A stretch of DNA of 64,000 nt from an uncultured Armatimonadetes bacterium. Its GTDB lineage: Bacteria; Armatimonadota; Hebobacteria; Hebobacterales; Hebobacteraceae. The DNA is taken from assembly GCA_963716175.1 (NCBI GenBank), contig OY970296.1, forward strand, positions 2,496,001 through 2,560,000, read 5' to 3'. This document shows positions 45,893 through 55,558 of the stretch, in pieces. Under the pieces are notes generated by a model. The model saw only the letters and a program-made list of their open reading frames with translations. It was not told the origin of the DNA and did no database searches. Position 1 is the stretch's first letter. Each line of letters opens with the position of its first letter. Made by a program: the position numbers and the translations under genes.

Positions 45893-46879
45893 TTGTCATA
45901 CCCCGTCTTACTGGTGGTCTTTGCAGCCTTCGGCCTCGCCTACGGCCTCGTGCTCCAGCGCAGCCGCTTCTGCTTCGCCCGCGCCGCGTACGAGCTATTC
46001 CTGCTGCGCAGCCGCGATGCGCTCGACGGCGTGATGGCCGCGCTCCTCATCACCACCCTTGGGTTCGGCGCCGTCACCCTGGGCCTTCTCCATCGTGGCC
46101 TCCGGGCCGAAAGCCACCTCCTGATACTCCCGGTTGGCCCCGGAATTGCTCTCGGCGCGTTCGCCTTCGGTCTGGGCATGGCTCTCGTCGGCATGTGCGC
46201 CTCTGGCACGCTCCAGCGGATGGGGGAGGGCTATGCCATCGCCTGGCTGTCATTGGCCGGGATCATCGCTGGCGCCGCCCTGGATCCAGGCCGCGGTGGG
46301 GCCACGGCCTGGCTCAGCCATCCAGGCTACGCGCTCTCGCTGGGCCAGTGGACCAGTCCAGCCGCCGGGTTCCTGCTGACTCTCTCGGCGCTGGCCCTGA
46401 TCTGGGTGGCGCTCACGCGCCGCAGAAGCTCCCGCAGGGCGGAATCTCTCGCTGCGCCTGTCATTGGGGGCGCGCTGCTGGGCCTGCTGAACACTGCTCA
46501 GCTTGCCCTGGCGTCGCCGTGGACGGTCGGCTATCCCCTCGCCCTGGTTCCCTCCCTGTGGTCGCGGCACGCATCAGGGACCGATGTCCGCGGCGCTTTG
46601 CCGCTTCTGGTGCTGGACACCTGCATGGTGGCTGGGGCCCTGGTCGCGGCCGCCGCCCAGGGCGGGCTGCGCCTGCGCTGGCCTCGGCGATTCGGCGAAG
46701 CCTTCCGGGCGCTGGCCGGCGGGGTGCTGATGGGCTTCGGCATCAAGCTCGCGCACGGCTGCAATGTGGGTGGCATCCTCAGCGCCCTCCCTTCGCTCTC
46801 CCTCAGCGCCTGGCTCTATCTTCCCTCCATGCTGCTCGGGGCCTGGTTCGGGGTCAAGCTGATCTCGAAGTGGAGCTAG
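45893..46879 (+). CDS. YeeE/YedE family sulfur-compound transporter
   Basis: QRSRFCF, GMCASG, GGVLMGFG.KLAHGCNVG. Confidence 0.88.
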   Translation: MSYPVLLVVFAAFGLAYGLVLQRSRFCFARAAYELFLLRSRDALDGVMAALLITTLGFGAVTLGLLHRGLRAESHLLILPVGPGIALGAFAFGLGMALVGMCASGTLQRMGEGYAIAWLSLAGIIAGAALDPGRGGATAWLSHPGYALSLGQWTSPAAGFLLTLSALALIWVALTRRRSSRRAESLAAPVIGGALLGLLNTAQLALASPWTVGYPLALVPSLWSRHASGTDVRGALPLLVLDTCMVAGALVAAAAQGGLRLRWPRRFGEAFRALAGGVLMGFGIKLAHGCNVGGILSALPSLSLSAWLYLPSMLLGAWFGVKLISKWS

Positions 46880-47029
46880 CGCCCGCCGTGGCAGGCGCAT
46901 TTCATGCGAGGGCGTGGTGCGGCCAGCCAGCAGGTAGGTTATGAAATGCGCTCTAGCCGCATGCCCGCCCTACAGGGCTTCGCGGCCGCGCTGGAGGAAA
47001 GCGCCTCAGCACCCAGAAGCTCAAGCTCG

Positions 47030-48145
47030 ATGAAACCTCGCAGGGATCAAGGGTTCGCACGCCGGGATTTCCTGAAGGCCGCCGCGGCCGCCGCGTTGGC
47101 GGTGGCCTTCGCCCCGGCCTGTGGGACTGGCGCAGCGCAGAAGGAGAAGAGAGTGGCCGCTCAGAGTTCGCTGCCGCGGTGGCGCGGGTTCAACCTGCTG
47201 GAGATGTTCACCACGCAGAGTGACGGCAACTGGCAGGAGGATGACTTCCGCTGGATGCGGGACTGGGGTTTCGACTTCGTGCGCCTGCCGCTCTGCTACA
47301 CGCTGTGGATAGAGGGTGACGATGTCTACCAGCTCCACGAACCGGGTCTGGCGAAGGTGGACCGGGCGGTAGAGCTGGGCCGCAAGCACGGCGTTCATGT
47401 GAACATCGCCTTCCATCGGGGCCCGGGCTATAGCGTCAACGAGGAGCGGAAGGAGCCCTTCAACCTGTGGAAGGATCAGGAGGCGCTCGATGCTTTCTGC
47501 TTCCACTGGCAAGCTTTCGCCCAGCGCTACAAGGGCATTCCCTCCTCCCAGGTCACCTTCAACCTGATCAACGAGCCCGCGGCGCCAGTGGCCGAGATGA
47601 CGCGGGAGGACCACAAGCGCGTGGTCAAGACCGCCACCGAGACCATTCGCAGGGTGGATCCCGATCGGCTGGTGATCGCGGATGGGGTGGAGTGGGCGAG
47701 TGTGCCGTGCCCGGAGCTGGCCGACGTGAAGGTGGCGCAGAGCTGCCGCGCCTACACGCCTCACACGCTGAGCCACTATCGAGCGGAATGGGTGGACTCT
47801 CAGGGCTGGCCTCTTCCGAAATGGCCTGGCCAGCCGGAGGAGGATAGGATCTGGGACCGCAAGGCGCTGGAGGAGCACTACCGGCCCTGGGCGGATCTGG
47901 CGCGGCAGGGCATCGGTGTGCACTGCGGGGAGGGAGGCGCCTACAACAAGACTCCGCATCCGGTGGTGCTGGCCTGGCTGCGGGATGTGATGGAGATCCT
48001 GAAGGGGCACAACATCGGCTACGCCCTCTGGAACTTCCGCGGCTCCTTCGGCATCCTCGACTCCGAGCGCGGCGATGTCAGCTACGAAGACTTCCACGGC
48101 CATCAGCTAGACCGGAAGCTGCTCGCCCTTCTGCAGGAGTGCTAG
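47030..48145 (+). CDS. glycoside hydrolase family 5, Tat-exported
   Basis: RRDFLK; GFDFVRLP, NEP, CGEGG, WNFRGSFG. Confidence 0.9.
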   Translation: MKPRRDQGFARRDFLKAAAAAALAVAFAPACGTGAAQKEKRVAAQSSLPRWRGFNLLEMFTTQSDGNWQEDDFRWMRDWGFDFVRLPLCYTLWIEGDDVYQLHEPGLAKVDRAVELGRKHGVHVNIAFHRGPGYSVNEERKEPFNLWKDQEALDAFCFHWQAFAQRYKGIPSSQVTFNLINEPAAPVAEMTREDHKRVVKTATETIRRVDPDRLVIADGVEWASVPCPELADVKVAQSCRAYTPHTLSHYRAEWVDSQGWPLPKWPGQPEEDRIWDRKALEEHYRPWADLARQGIGVHCGEGGAYNKTPHPVVLAWLRDVMEILKGHNIGYALWNFRGSFGILDSERGDVSYEDFHGHQLDRKLLALLQEC

Positions 48146-48155
48146 CGGCAACGAG

Positions 48156-50085
48156 ATGGCCGTGAGAGGCGCTGGTCGGCCCCTGACACCGCGCTCCGTG
48201 GCCATCGGCCTGGTGGGCAGCGCGGTGGTGACGGTCTGGATCCACCACGCTGAGCTGGTGCTGGGAGGGGACCGCGGCCACACCGCGCTGGCCAATACCT
48301 CCATCCCCGTCGGGGCCTTCGCAGTGCTGGTGGCCTTGGTGGCGGCACGGGTGGTGTTGCCCAGGCTGGCGCTCACCCAGGGTGAGCTGATCGCCGCCTA
48401 CGCGATGATGACGGTCTCGACCGTGCTCGCCTCCAGCGGCGGGATCCACTTCCTGGTGCCCACGCTGGCCGCCGCCTTCCATTTCGCCACCCCGGCCAAC
48501 CAGTGGGCCTACTTCCATCAGTGGATCCCCACCTGGTTTGCCCCGCGGGACAGAGATGCCCTCGATGCCTTCTATGTCGGTGGCTCGCCGGTCCCGGTCG
48601 GCGTCTGGTTGACCCCGTTTCTGGTGTGGGGAGGGTTCCTGCTCGCCTTCGTCTCCGCCAGCCTCTTCCTATCGGCGATCCTGCGGCGGCCCTGGGTTGA
48701 CCACGAGCGGCTGACCTTTCCCACCGTGGTCTTGCCTCTGGAGTTGACTGACCCGGCCGGGTCGCTGCTCCGGGACAAGCTGATGTGGATCGGGTTCGGT
48801 GTGGCCTTCGGCATCGGCACCATCAACAACCTCCACTTGAATTTCCCCGCCATCCCGGGCATCGAGGTGCGCTCTATTGACGTCTCGTCCTGGTTCCCCG
48901 ACCCGCCCTGGAGCGCGGTGGGCTACCTGCCTGTCTCCTTCTACCCCTTCGTGTTGGGCATCGCTTATCTGCTCTCCCTGGAGGTCACGTTCAGCTACTG
49001 GTTCTTCTTTCTGCTGAGCAGGGCGGAGCTGGTGGCCTGCGCCGCGGGCGGCTGGCGGCAGGCCTGGGCGCCGATGGCGACGGACCCGCCCTATCTCCAG
49101 AACCAGGGGGCCGGCGCCTTCCTGGCGCTGGCCATGGTCTCGCTGTGGATGAGCCGCAGCTACCTGGGTCAGGTGCTGAGGCGAGCGGCCGGGGTCAGGG
49201 GAGGGGCGAGCGGAGAGGAACGGGAGCCGCTGCCCTACCGGTGGGCGGTCCTCGGGTTCGCGGCTGCGCTGGGGGCCCTGATCTACTTCTGCTGGCGCGG
49301 CGGGCATGAGCCCGCGGCTGGCGCTGCTCGCCTTCGGGCTGGTGTTCCTCTATCTGATTGCAGCCACCCGCATCCGGGCCGAGGCTGGCAACGCCTGGCT
49401 GTTCGGGCCGGAGATCGACCCCAACACCCTGATCACAGAGACCCTGGGCGCGGGCCACCTCAGGCCCGTAGATCTGACGGTGATGGCCTATCTGCGTTCG
49501 GTGACGACCTTCGACATGCGCTGCGCCTCCATGCCCCATCAGCTCGATGGCTTTCGCATGGCGATGGCGGCGGGAGTCTCGCTGCGCCAGTTGGTATGGG
49601 CCATGCTGGCCGCGGTGGCAGTCGTGATCACCGTCGGCTTCTGGAGCGGGCTGGCGATATGGTACCACCTGGGGGCGAGCGCCAAGACCGACTGGTGGCG
49701 CACAGAAATGGGGATGGTCCCCTTCCTGGAGCTGCAGGCCCAGCTCATCTCGCCCAGCCGGCCCGACTATCTGGCCGCCAGTTTCGACGGCGTGGGCTTC
49801 CTGGTCACCTGCCTGTTGGCCTTCCTGCGCATGCGGTTCCTCTGGTTCCCCTTCCATCCCGTGGGCTATGCCATGGCCAACACCTATGCCTGGGGCCAGC
49901 TCCCCATGCCCTTCTTCCTGGCCTGGCTGACCAAGACTCTGGTCCTGCGCTACGGAGGGATGCGGCTCTACCGGCGCTCCCTGCCTCTCTTCCTGGGGCT
50001 GATCCTGGGGGACTTCGTGAATGGCGCCCTCTACACCCTGATGGGCGCGGTGGTGCAGATGAACGTGTATCCGGTGAACTGGTGA
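48156..50085 (+). CDS. DUF6785/DUF6784-type polytopic membrane protein (frameshift at ~49299)
   Basis: W.D.ERLTFP, RIRAEAG, WFPFHPVGY, RYGG..LYR, FLGLILGD; two adjacent frames join as ...CWRAGMSP... Confidence 0.72.
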
Positions 50086-50186
50086 GTCGCTTGTAGGGCG
50101 GGTATGCCCCGAAGCCGCAGTGAAGGGGCATGCCCGCCGCTCTCGTTGGGCAGGATCCTCCCTCCTGCCCCTCCCAGATCGCCGAC

Positions 50187-51167
50187 CTAATCCTTCGCCA
50201 GCTCCGCCCCCAGCTTCACCCCGGCGATGACGCGGGGCAGCCGCTCCTTCTTGGGGTCAAGCGGCTCACCCGCCAGGCCGTTGACGATGTCCGTGACACT
50301 GCCCCAGGTGGTGCACAGGTAGCCGAGCATGAGCGGGCCCGATTCCTTCCTCGCCACCTCGATGAAGCGCCGGATGCTCTTCTCCTGGTTCCAGCCCCCC
50401 GGCCACACCCGGAAGCCCTTGTCCTGGAAGAACCGGATAGAGGGGAACTCCATGTTCACTGTCTCGTAATGCCAATCACACATCACGATATCCTTGGCGA
50501 CCATGTCAATGGCCTGCCAGGTATCGTTCTCACTGCTCTCCCACAGGCCATAGCCCATGGTCTTGGCGTCGAGCAAGCGGTCGCCCCACATCTGCATCTC
50601 CACCTTGCGGCGGCCGACCAGGTGAGAGTGGAGGTCATTGACTGACTTGGCGAAGAGCTGGGCATTGGCCGTGCCCTTGCAGCGGGGGCAATGGCCGATG
50701 ATGAAGACCTCATCCATTCCCACGTGGAAGGCATCGGCGCCGAAGGCATCGAGCAGCTCATCGAAGAGATCGAAGACGATGCCGTTCACGCCCGGGTGGT
50801 TCGGGCACCAGCTCATGCAGTAGAAATCCTTCGCCGTCGCATCCGCGTCGGGCGCTTCATTGAACTCGGGATGCGAGCGCAGCAGCGCCGCGGCCCGCTC
50901 CTTCCACGATTGGTGGCCCAGGCAGTTGTACATGGGGACCAGGCGGATGCCGTTCTTCCGCGCCAGCGCGGCCAGCCTCTGGGCCTCGGCTTTGCTGATA
51001 GCATCCGACTCCGCCGCTTCCGGGTGGCTGGTGTACCGGAAGTGACCGTTGACCTCCACGATCACCCAGTTCAGCCCCAGCGCAGGCGCCACCTCTCCCA
51101 CCAGCCGCTCCAGCGCCGGCACCGCCGACCCGCCCGAGGCCATCACGTGAATCCCTCGCCGCTCCAT
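50187..51167 (-). CDS. GH20-like glycoside hydrolase
   Basis: NCLGHQ, FHVGMDEVF, MWGDRL, DWHY; RBS GGAAGGAG. Confidence 0.78.
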   Translation of the reverse strand: MERRGIHVMASGGSAVPALERLVGEVAPALGLNWVIVEVNGHFRYTSHPEAAESDAISKAEAQRLAALARKNGIRLVPMYNCLGHQSWKERAAALLRSHPEFNEAPDADATAKDFYCMSWCPNHPGVNGIVFDLFDELLDAFGADAFHVGMDEVFIIGHCPRCKGTANAQLFAKSVNDLHSHLVGRRKVEMQMWGDRLLDAKTMGYGLWESSENDTWQAIDMVAKDIVMCDWHYETVNMEFPSIRFFQDKGFRVWPGGWNQEKSIRRFIEVARKESGPLMLGYLCTTWGSVTDIVNGLAGEPLDPKKERLPRVIAGVKLGAELAKD

Positions 51168-51250
51168 GCTCTTCTCCTTCCGCTCGCAGTGGTTGCCGCT
51201 GTTCTTGTCCGACCTCCCCCCCTATCCCTGCCTACGGCTGGGCTGGAAAG

Positions 51251-51283
51251 AGGACGGAGTCCGCCTGCCGCGGACTCCGTCCT
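51251..51283 (-). terminator. hairpin downstream of DUF1559 gene 1
   Basis: AGGACGGAGTCCGC/GCGGACTCCGTCCT stem; homologous hairpin at 52949-52979. Confidence 0.6.
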
Positions 51284-51317
51284 TTGCATCAGGTCACGAA
51301 TACGCTGAGGCAGGACG

Positions 51318-52331
51318 TCAGTACGCCCTGGTCGGGTTGATGCAAACACCCAGCCCCATGATGAGAGGATTGTCCGGGTTGGACGCATAGCCCGACCAGT
51401 TCTCACCTCCGAACAGAATGGTCTCAGAGGACATCCAGGCGGCATGCCCATCAGCGAAGCCGAGGTTCGAGCCGCCGAGGTGACGCGACCGCGCGTGATC
51501 TTTACGGTACTGGGGGTCAGTGGCGAACTGGTAGACGCCTCTGCCGGCCCCGCAGTCCACGGTCGCGGAGCAGTTCGCCCAGTCCGCGCCGCATGTCTCG
51601 TCGCAGGCCACGCTGTCCATCCGACAGGTGTCCGGATAGGCCACCCAGGAGGTGCGGTCAAGCTGTTTGACTTCCACTCCCGCATCCGCGGCGACCACGT
51701 ATTTCACGGGATCTGACATCTGGCTAGTCTTCATGTCAGTCAGCGTCCAGGGATACGAGATGGACCAGTCGAAGCCACCCGTGTCCGGCCCGGCCATCTG
51801 GAGCTGCTTTACGGAGTCAGTGATCGTGCCTCCCCAGCCCGGAGGGAACGAACCAGCGCAGGGCTCTATGTTGGAGCCGCCATCGACACCTGCAAGCCAG
51901 GTGTCCTGGGCATACTGCCACCACTTGCCTGTCCCATACCCCCAGTTGACCCCGAAGACGTTCGCGTATCTCGCGCTCGGGCAGCGCCAGACATCGCGGT
52001 TCTTGATGTACTCATCCAGAATCACAGGCCATCGCAGATACGGGTTGAGCTGGGTCCCCCAGCAGTCGGCGCCGGAATCGCAGCCGCAGGCGTCAACGAA
52101 GTACTGCCGCGGCTCTGCGTCATGGAGCATGGGCGGGAACCGGTCGTAGTCCGTCAGGTACATCTGCGCCGCCATGGCGATGTTCTTCACGTTCGACAGG
52201 CACTGAATCTTGCGCGCCGATTCCCGCGCGCGCGCAAATACCGGGAACAGCATGGCAGCCAGGATCGCGATAATCGCGATCACGACCAACAGCTCGATGA
52301 GAGTGAATCCCTTCTGCCTTCGCACCAGCAT
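51318..52331 (-). CDS. DUF1559 prepilin-type N-terminal cleavage/methylation protein, paralog 1
   Basis: GFTLIELLVVIAIIAILAAMLFPVF, CLSN, RHLGGSNLGFADGH. Confidence 0.92.
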   Translation of the reverse strand: MLVRRQKGFTLIELLVVIAIIAILAAMLFPVFARARESARKIQCLSNVKNIAMAAQMYLTDYDRFPPMLHDAEPRQYFVDACGCDSGADCWGTQLNPYLRWPVILDEYIKNRDVWRCPSARYANVFGVNWGYGTGKWWQYAQDTWLAGVDGGSNIEPCAGSFPPGWGGTITDSVKQLQMAGPDTGGFDWSISYPWTLTDMKTSQMSDPVKYVVAADAGVEVKQLDRTSWVAYPDTCRMDSVACDETCGADWANCSATVDCGAGRGVYQFATDPQYRKDHARSRHLGGSNLGFADGHAAWMSSETILFGGENWSGYASNPDNPLIMGLGVCINPTRAY

Positions 52332-52762
52332 CTGGTCTCTCCTCACGTCACCGCATATCACTGCCTTGACACAGCTTGCACACCAACGTTGACCTGAGAT
52401 GACTACTAGGTAAGTGCTGTTCCATCACCTCCTTTCCAGTTCCCTCCCGGGCCGTCCCCAGGCAGTGGATGCCCAACCCTGTCTCCGCCGCAGCCGGCCT
52501 CGCCTCAGCCGGCCGAGGCAACTGCGCGGATAGCCGGTTGACTGGCTGAAGCTGAGAGAAGGGCAGGGGACGGCACTACCTGCCGCAAGGCCAGCGGAAG
52601 AGCTCCGGGCGCGGCCTGGCGGCCGCGCGGCGGACCACGGCCACGCCGCCCCTGTGGGCCCGCTGGCATCCCACAGTGCTGCACGCCTACTTACCCGGCC
52701 GTGACTCCCCACGCGCGCCTCCCTCGGGGGCACAGCCCTGCGGCCCAGTCTCGACCATGGCC

Positions 52763-52823
52763 AGTATAGCCCGGAGAAGAGGCCGCGTCATTGGACAAAC
52801 TTGTGGAATTCTTGTAGATTCTT
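52763..52823 (-). promoter_or_regulatory. sigma70 promoter with AraC-like direct repeats, copy 1
   Basis: AAGAATCTACAA and AAGTTTGTCCAA 21 bp apart, then ATGACG-17 nt-TATACT. Confidence 0.7.
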
Positions 52824-52948
52824 ACGGAGAGGCGCCGTAGCAGTGGTGCGGCGCCTCGATTCTGGGCTGCTGCCGCCGCGAGGGAGCCGTCTTGGCCCAG
52901 TTGGCCGCCGCCGCTTCGTCTCGCCGCACTTACCTGTGGCACATAAGC

Positions 52949-52979
52949 GGGCGGAGTCCGCGTGACGCGGACTCCGCCC
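52949..52979 (-). terminator. hairpin downstream of DUF1559 gene 2
   Basis: GGGCGGAGTCCGCGT/ACGCGGACTCCGCCC stem. Confidence 0.55.
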
Positions 52980-53046
52980 TAACATCCGTCAGCCTCGGCA
53001 GCCCGCCAGCGGCGGTGCTGCCGCCAAGCGCTGAGGTAAAGCGGAT

Positions 53047-54042
53047 CTACTCCCTCGAATTCGGTGGCCCCCAGCCACAGGAGGCAGGCCCCTCAAAGAG
53101 AGGAGTGTCGGTCTGGGGCAGCCACTGCGACGGCGGACCGCCGAAGAGAATGGTCTCCGCGTTGAACCAGGAGGCGTGCCCATCGGCAAAGCCGAGGTTG
53201 CTCCCACCGAGATGGCGGGGATTGGCATGCTTCTGGCGATAGGTGGGATCGAGCTGGAAATCCGCCACGCCTGCGCCGCATTGCTGCGTGTCAGAGCAGT
53301 TCACCCAGTCCGCTCGCCCGCCCGGGTAACACGATGCGCACTCGATGCGGCAGTAGTCCGGGTAAGCATACCAGGACATTCTGTCCAGGGAGTTCACTTC
53401 GGTCCCAGCATCCCCGCAGACTATGTACTTCGCCGCGTCCTCGATCTGGCTGGTCTTCAGGTCCTTGGCGTTCTTGGTGACGCCGATGGACTGATCGAAA
53501 CCACCCGTGTTCGGGCCCGCGCACACTCCGCCTTGGACAATAGAGTCGGTGACGCTGCCTCCCCATCCCGCGGGGAAGGGGGTGCTGCAGTTAGTGGGGC
53601 TGCAGAACTGGTAGTCGGAGTTGTTCTGCCACTCCCTGAACCAGTCCGGGTCCCCGTAGACGCCGAAGGTCTTGATGAACTTCGCGCTCGGGCAGCGCCA
53701 GACATCGCGGTTCTTCACGTACTCGTCGTAGATCACCGGCCACCGCAGATAGGGGTTGGCCTCGGTGGCCCGGCAGTCGGCCCCCTCATCGCAACCGCAT
53801 GCGTCAACCCAGAGCGTCCTTACCTCCGACCGGTGCTCGTTCGGGGGGAATCGGTCGTAGTCCGTGAGATACATCTGCACCGCCAGGGCGATGTTCTTCA
53901 CGTTCGACAGGCACTGGATCTTGCGGGCCGATTCCCACGCTCGCGCAAACACCGGGAACAGCATGGCAGCCAAAATCGCGATAATCGCGATCACTACCAA
54001 CAGCTCGATCAGCGTGAATCCCTTCCGCCTTCGCAACATCAT
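53047..54042 (-). CDS. DUF1559 prepilin-type protein, paralog 2
   Basis: Same motifs as paralog 1; shared Cys pattern DACGCD..ADC. Confidence 0.92.
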   Translation of the reverse strand: MMLRRRKGFTLIELLVVIAIIAILAAMLFPVFARAWESARKIQCLSNVKNIALAVQMYLTDYDRFPPNEHRSEVRTLWVDACGCDEGADCRATEANPYLRWPVIYDEYVKNRDVWRCPSAKFIKTFGVYGDPDWFREWQNNSDYQFCSPTNCSTPFPAGWGGSVTDSIVQGGVCAGPNTGGFDQSIGVTKNAKDLKTSQIEDAAKYIVCGDAGTEVNSLDRMSWYAYPDYCRIECASCYPGGRADWVNCSDTQQCGAGVADFQLDPTYRQKHANPRHLGGSNLGFADGHASWFNAETILFGGPPSQWLPQTDTPLFEGPASCGWGPPNSRE

Positions 54043-54438
54043 CTGCTCTCTCCTTAGTGCATACTACTGGCTGGCGAACCTCGCACACCAACGCTGACCT
54101 GAGGCAACTACCCCTGCGTCACCTCCTTTCCTCTCCCCTCGCGGCCGTCGCTACGAAGCGAACGCCCAGCGCGGTCTCCACCACGACCTGTCTGATCCCG
54201 GCGGCCAAGACAGGCCCGGCGATCATCACTTGACCGGCTGCGACTGGGCGAACGGCGGAGGAGGGCGCAACCGAACACAAGGCCTGCGGGGACGCTCCGG
54301 GCGCGGCCTGGCCGCAACCACACCGCCCCTGTGGGCGAACTCGAATGCCACAGCGCTGCACACCTACTCCCCCGGCCGCGAGTCTCCACCCGGCATTCCC
54401 TCACGGGCACGGCCCGGGGCCCGATCATAGTCAGCATC

Positions 54439-54499
54439 AGTATACCCCCGGCAAGAGGTGGCGTCATTGGACAAACTTGCGAAATTCTTGTAGATTCCT
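54439..54499 (-). promoter_or_regulatory. sigma70 promoter with AraC-like direct repeats, copy 2
   Basis: AGGAATCTACAA and AAGTTTGTCCAA 21 bp apart, then ATGACG-17 nt-TATACT. Confidence 0.7.
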
Positions 54500-54518
54500 A
54501 CGGAGAAGAGCCATAAGA

Positions 54519-55406
54519 GTGATAAGGGGCCTCAACTCTGTGCTGCCGACGCCGGTGGACAGCGGCCTTACGCCAGATGATCCCTTCAACGGGGGCATAT
54601 TCCCACAGCCCTACCCATACCCGCTGGCGACGGACATGCACCAGGCGTTTGAGGTGGCGGTAGTGCTGAGCGGCCAGGAAGATAGGCACTGCCAAGGCCT
54701 GGTGCTGACGCTAGACCCAGGGGATGTCTGGCTGAGCCCGGCGTGGGAGCCTCACGGCTGGCGCGCCACTGCTCCCGACACACGCGAGCTGCTGCTCCAG
54801 TTCCTGCCTGAGTTCCTGGGGGAGGAGACGTTCGAGGGCATGTCGTGGCTCAGCCTGTTCTCAACTTCCCCCCACCATCGCCCGCGCGTCGGCGGCACGC
54901 GAATGCGGGAGCAGGTGCTGTCCCTCGCTCATGAGTTGAGCCAGGAGATAGCCCAGGAACGACGCGGCTGGGCCACCGCAGTCCGGTTCTCCATACTGCG
55001 GTTGCTGTTCCTGATCAGCCGCAACTGGGAGCCCCCGGGGTTGGCCGATCGGCGGCGTCATGTGCGCACCAGCAACCTCGCTCGCATCGCCCCCGCGGTG
55101 GAACTGGTGCACCTGCACCCGGAGCGCCGCCTGACCTTGGCCGAGGGGGCGGCCGCCTGCTCTCTGAGCGTCTCCCACTTCTGCTTTGTCTTCCAGCAGA
55201 CCATGGGGTTGAGCTTTGGGAAGCTCGCCCTGCGCGCCCGCCTGGCCTACGCAGCCCACCTGCTGCTGAGCACGGACTCATCCATGGAGGCCATCACCCA
55301 GCGCTTTGGCTTCGTGGATGTCAGCCACTTCCATCATGCCTTCACCAGACACTACGGCCTGACCCCGGCCCGCTATCGAGAAGACGGCCAGCGCCGTCGC
55401 GGCTAG
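54519..55406 (+). CDS. AraC family transcriptional regulator
   Basis: Cupin (DMH..FE, WEPHGW) plus HTH (GF.D.SHF...F...YG.TP..YR); probable GTG start. Confidence 0.9.
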   Translation: MIRGLNSVLPTPVDSGLTPDDPFNGGIFPQPYPYPLATDMHQAFEVAVVLSGQEDRHCQGLVLTLDPGDVWLSPAWEPHGWRATAPDTRELLLQFLPEFLGEETFEGMSWLSLFSTSPHHRPRVGGTRMREQVLSLAHELSQEIAQERRGWATAVRFSILRLLFLISRNWEPPGLADRRRHVRTSNLARIAPAVELVHLHPERRLTLAEGAAACSLSVSHFCFVFQQTMGLSFGKLALRARLAYAAHLLLSTDSSMEAITQRFGFVDVSHFHHAFTRHYGLTPARYREDGQRRRG

Positions 55407-55558
55407 CCTCCGCCTCAGCGGAAGAAGGCTGCGGCGGCGGCCGCAGTGGCTACTGTCGGTCTCGCGTTACATCGCTCACCGGACTCGTGCTTGGTAGCGA
55501 ATGACACTGCTCCGCTGAAGCTGGGCCGCCCAAAGGGAAGGCTTCGCCACTTCCCAGA

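Noticed and set aside
52425-54131. 16S rRNA 3' end fragments (TCACCTCCTTTC)
   Set aside because: No flanking rRNA sequence; better read as an extended SD on the minus strand
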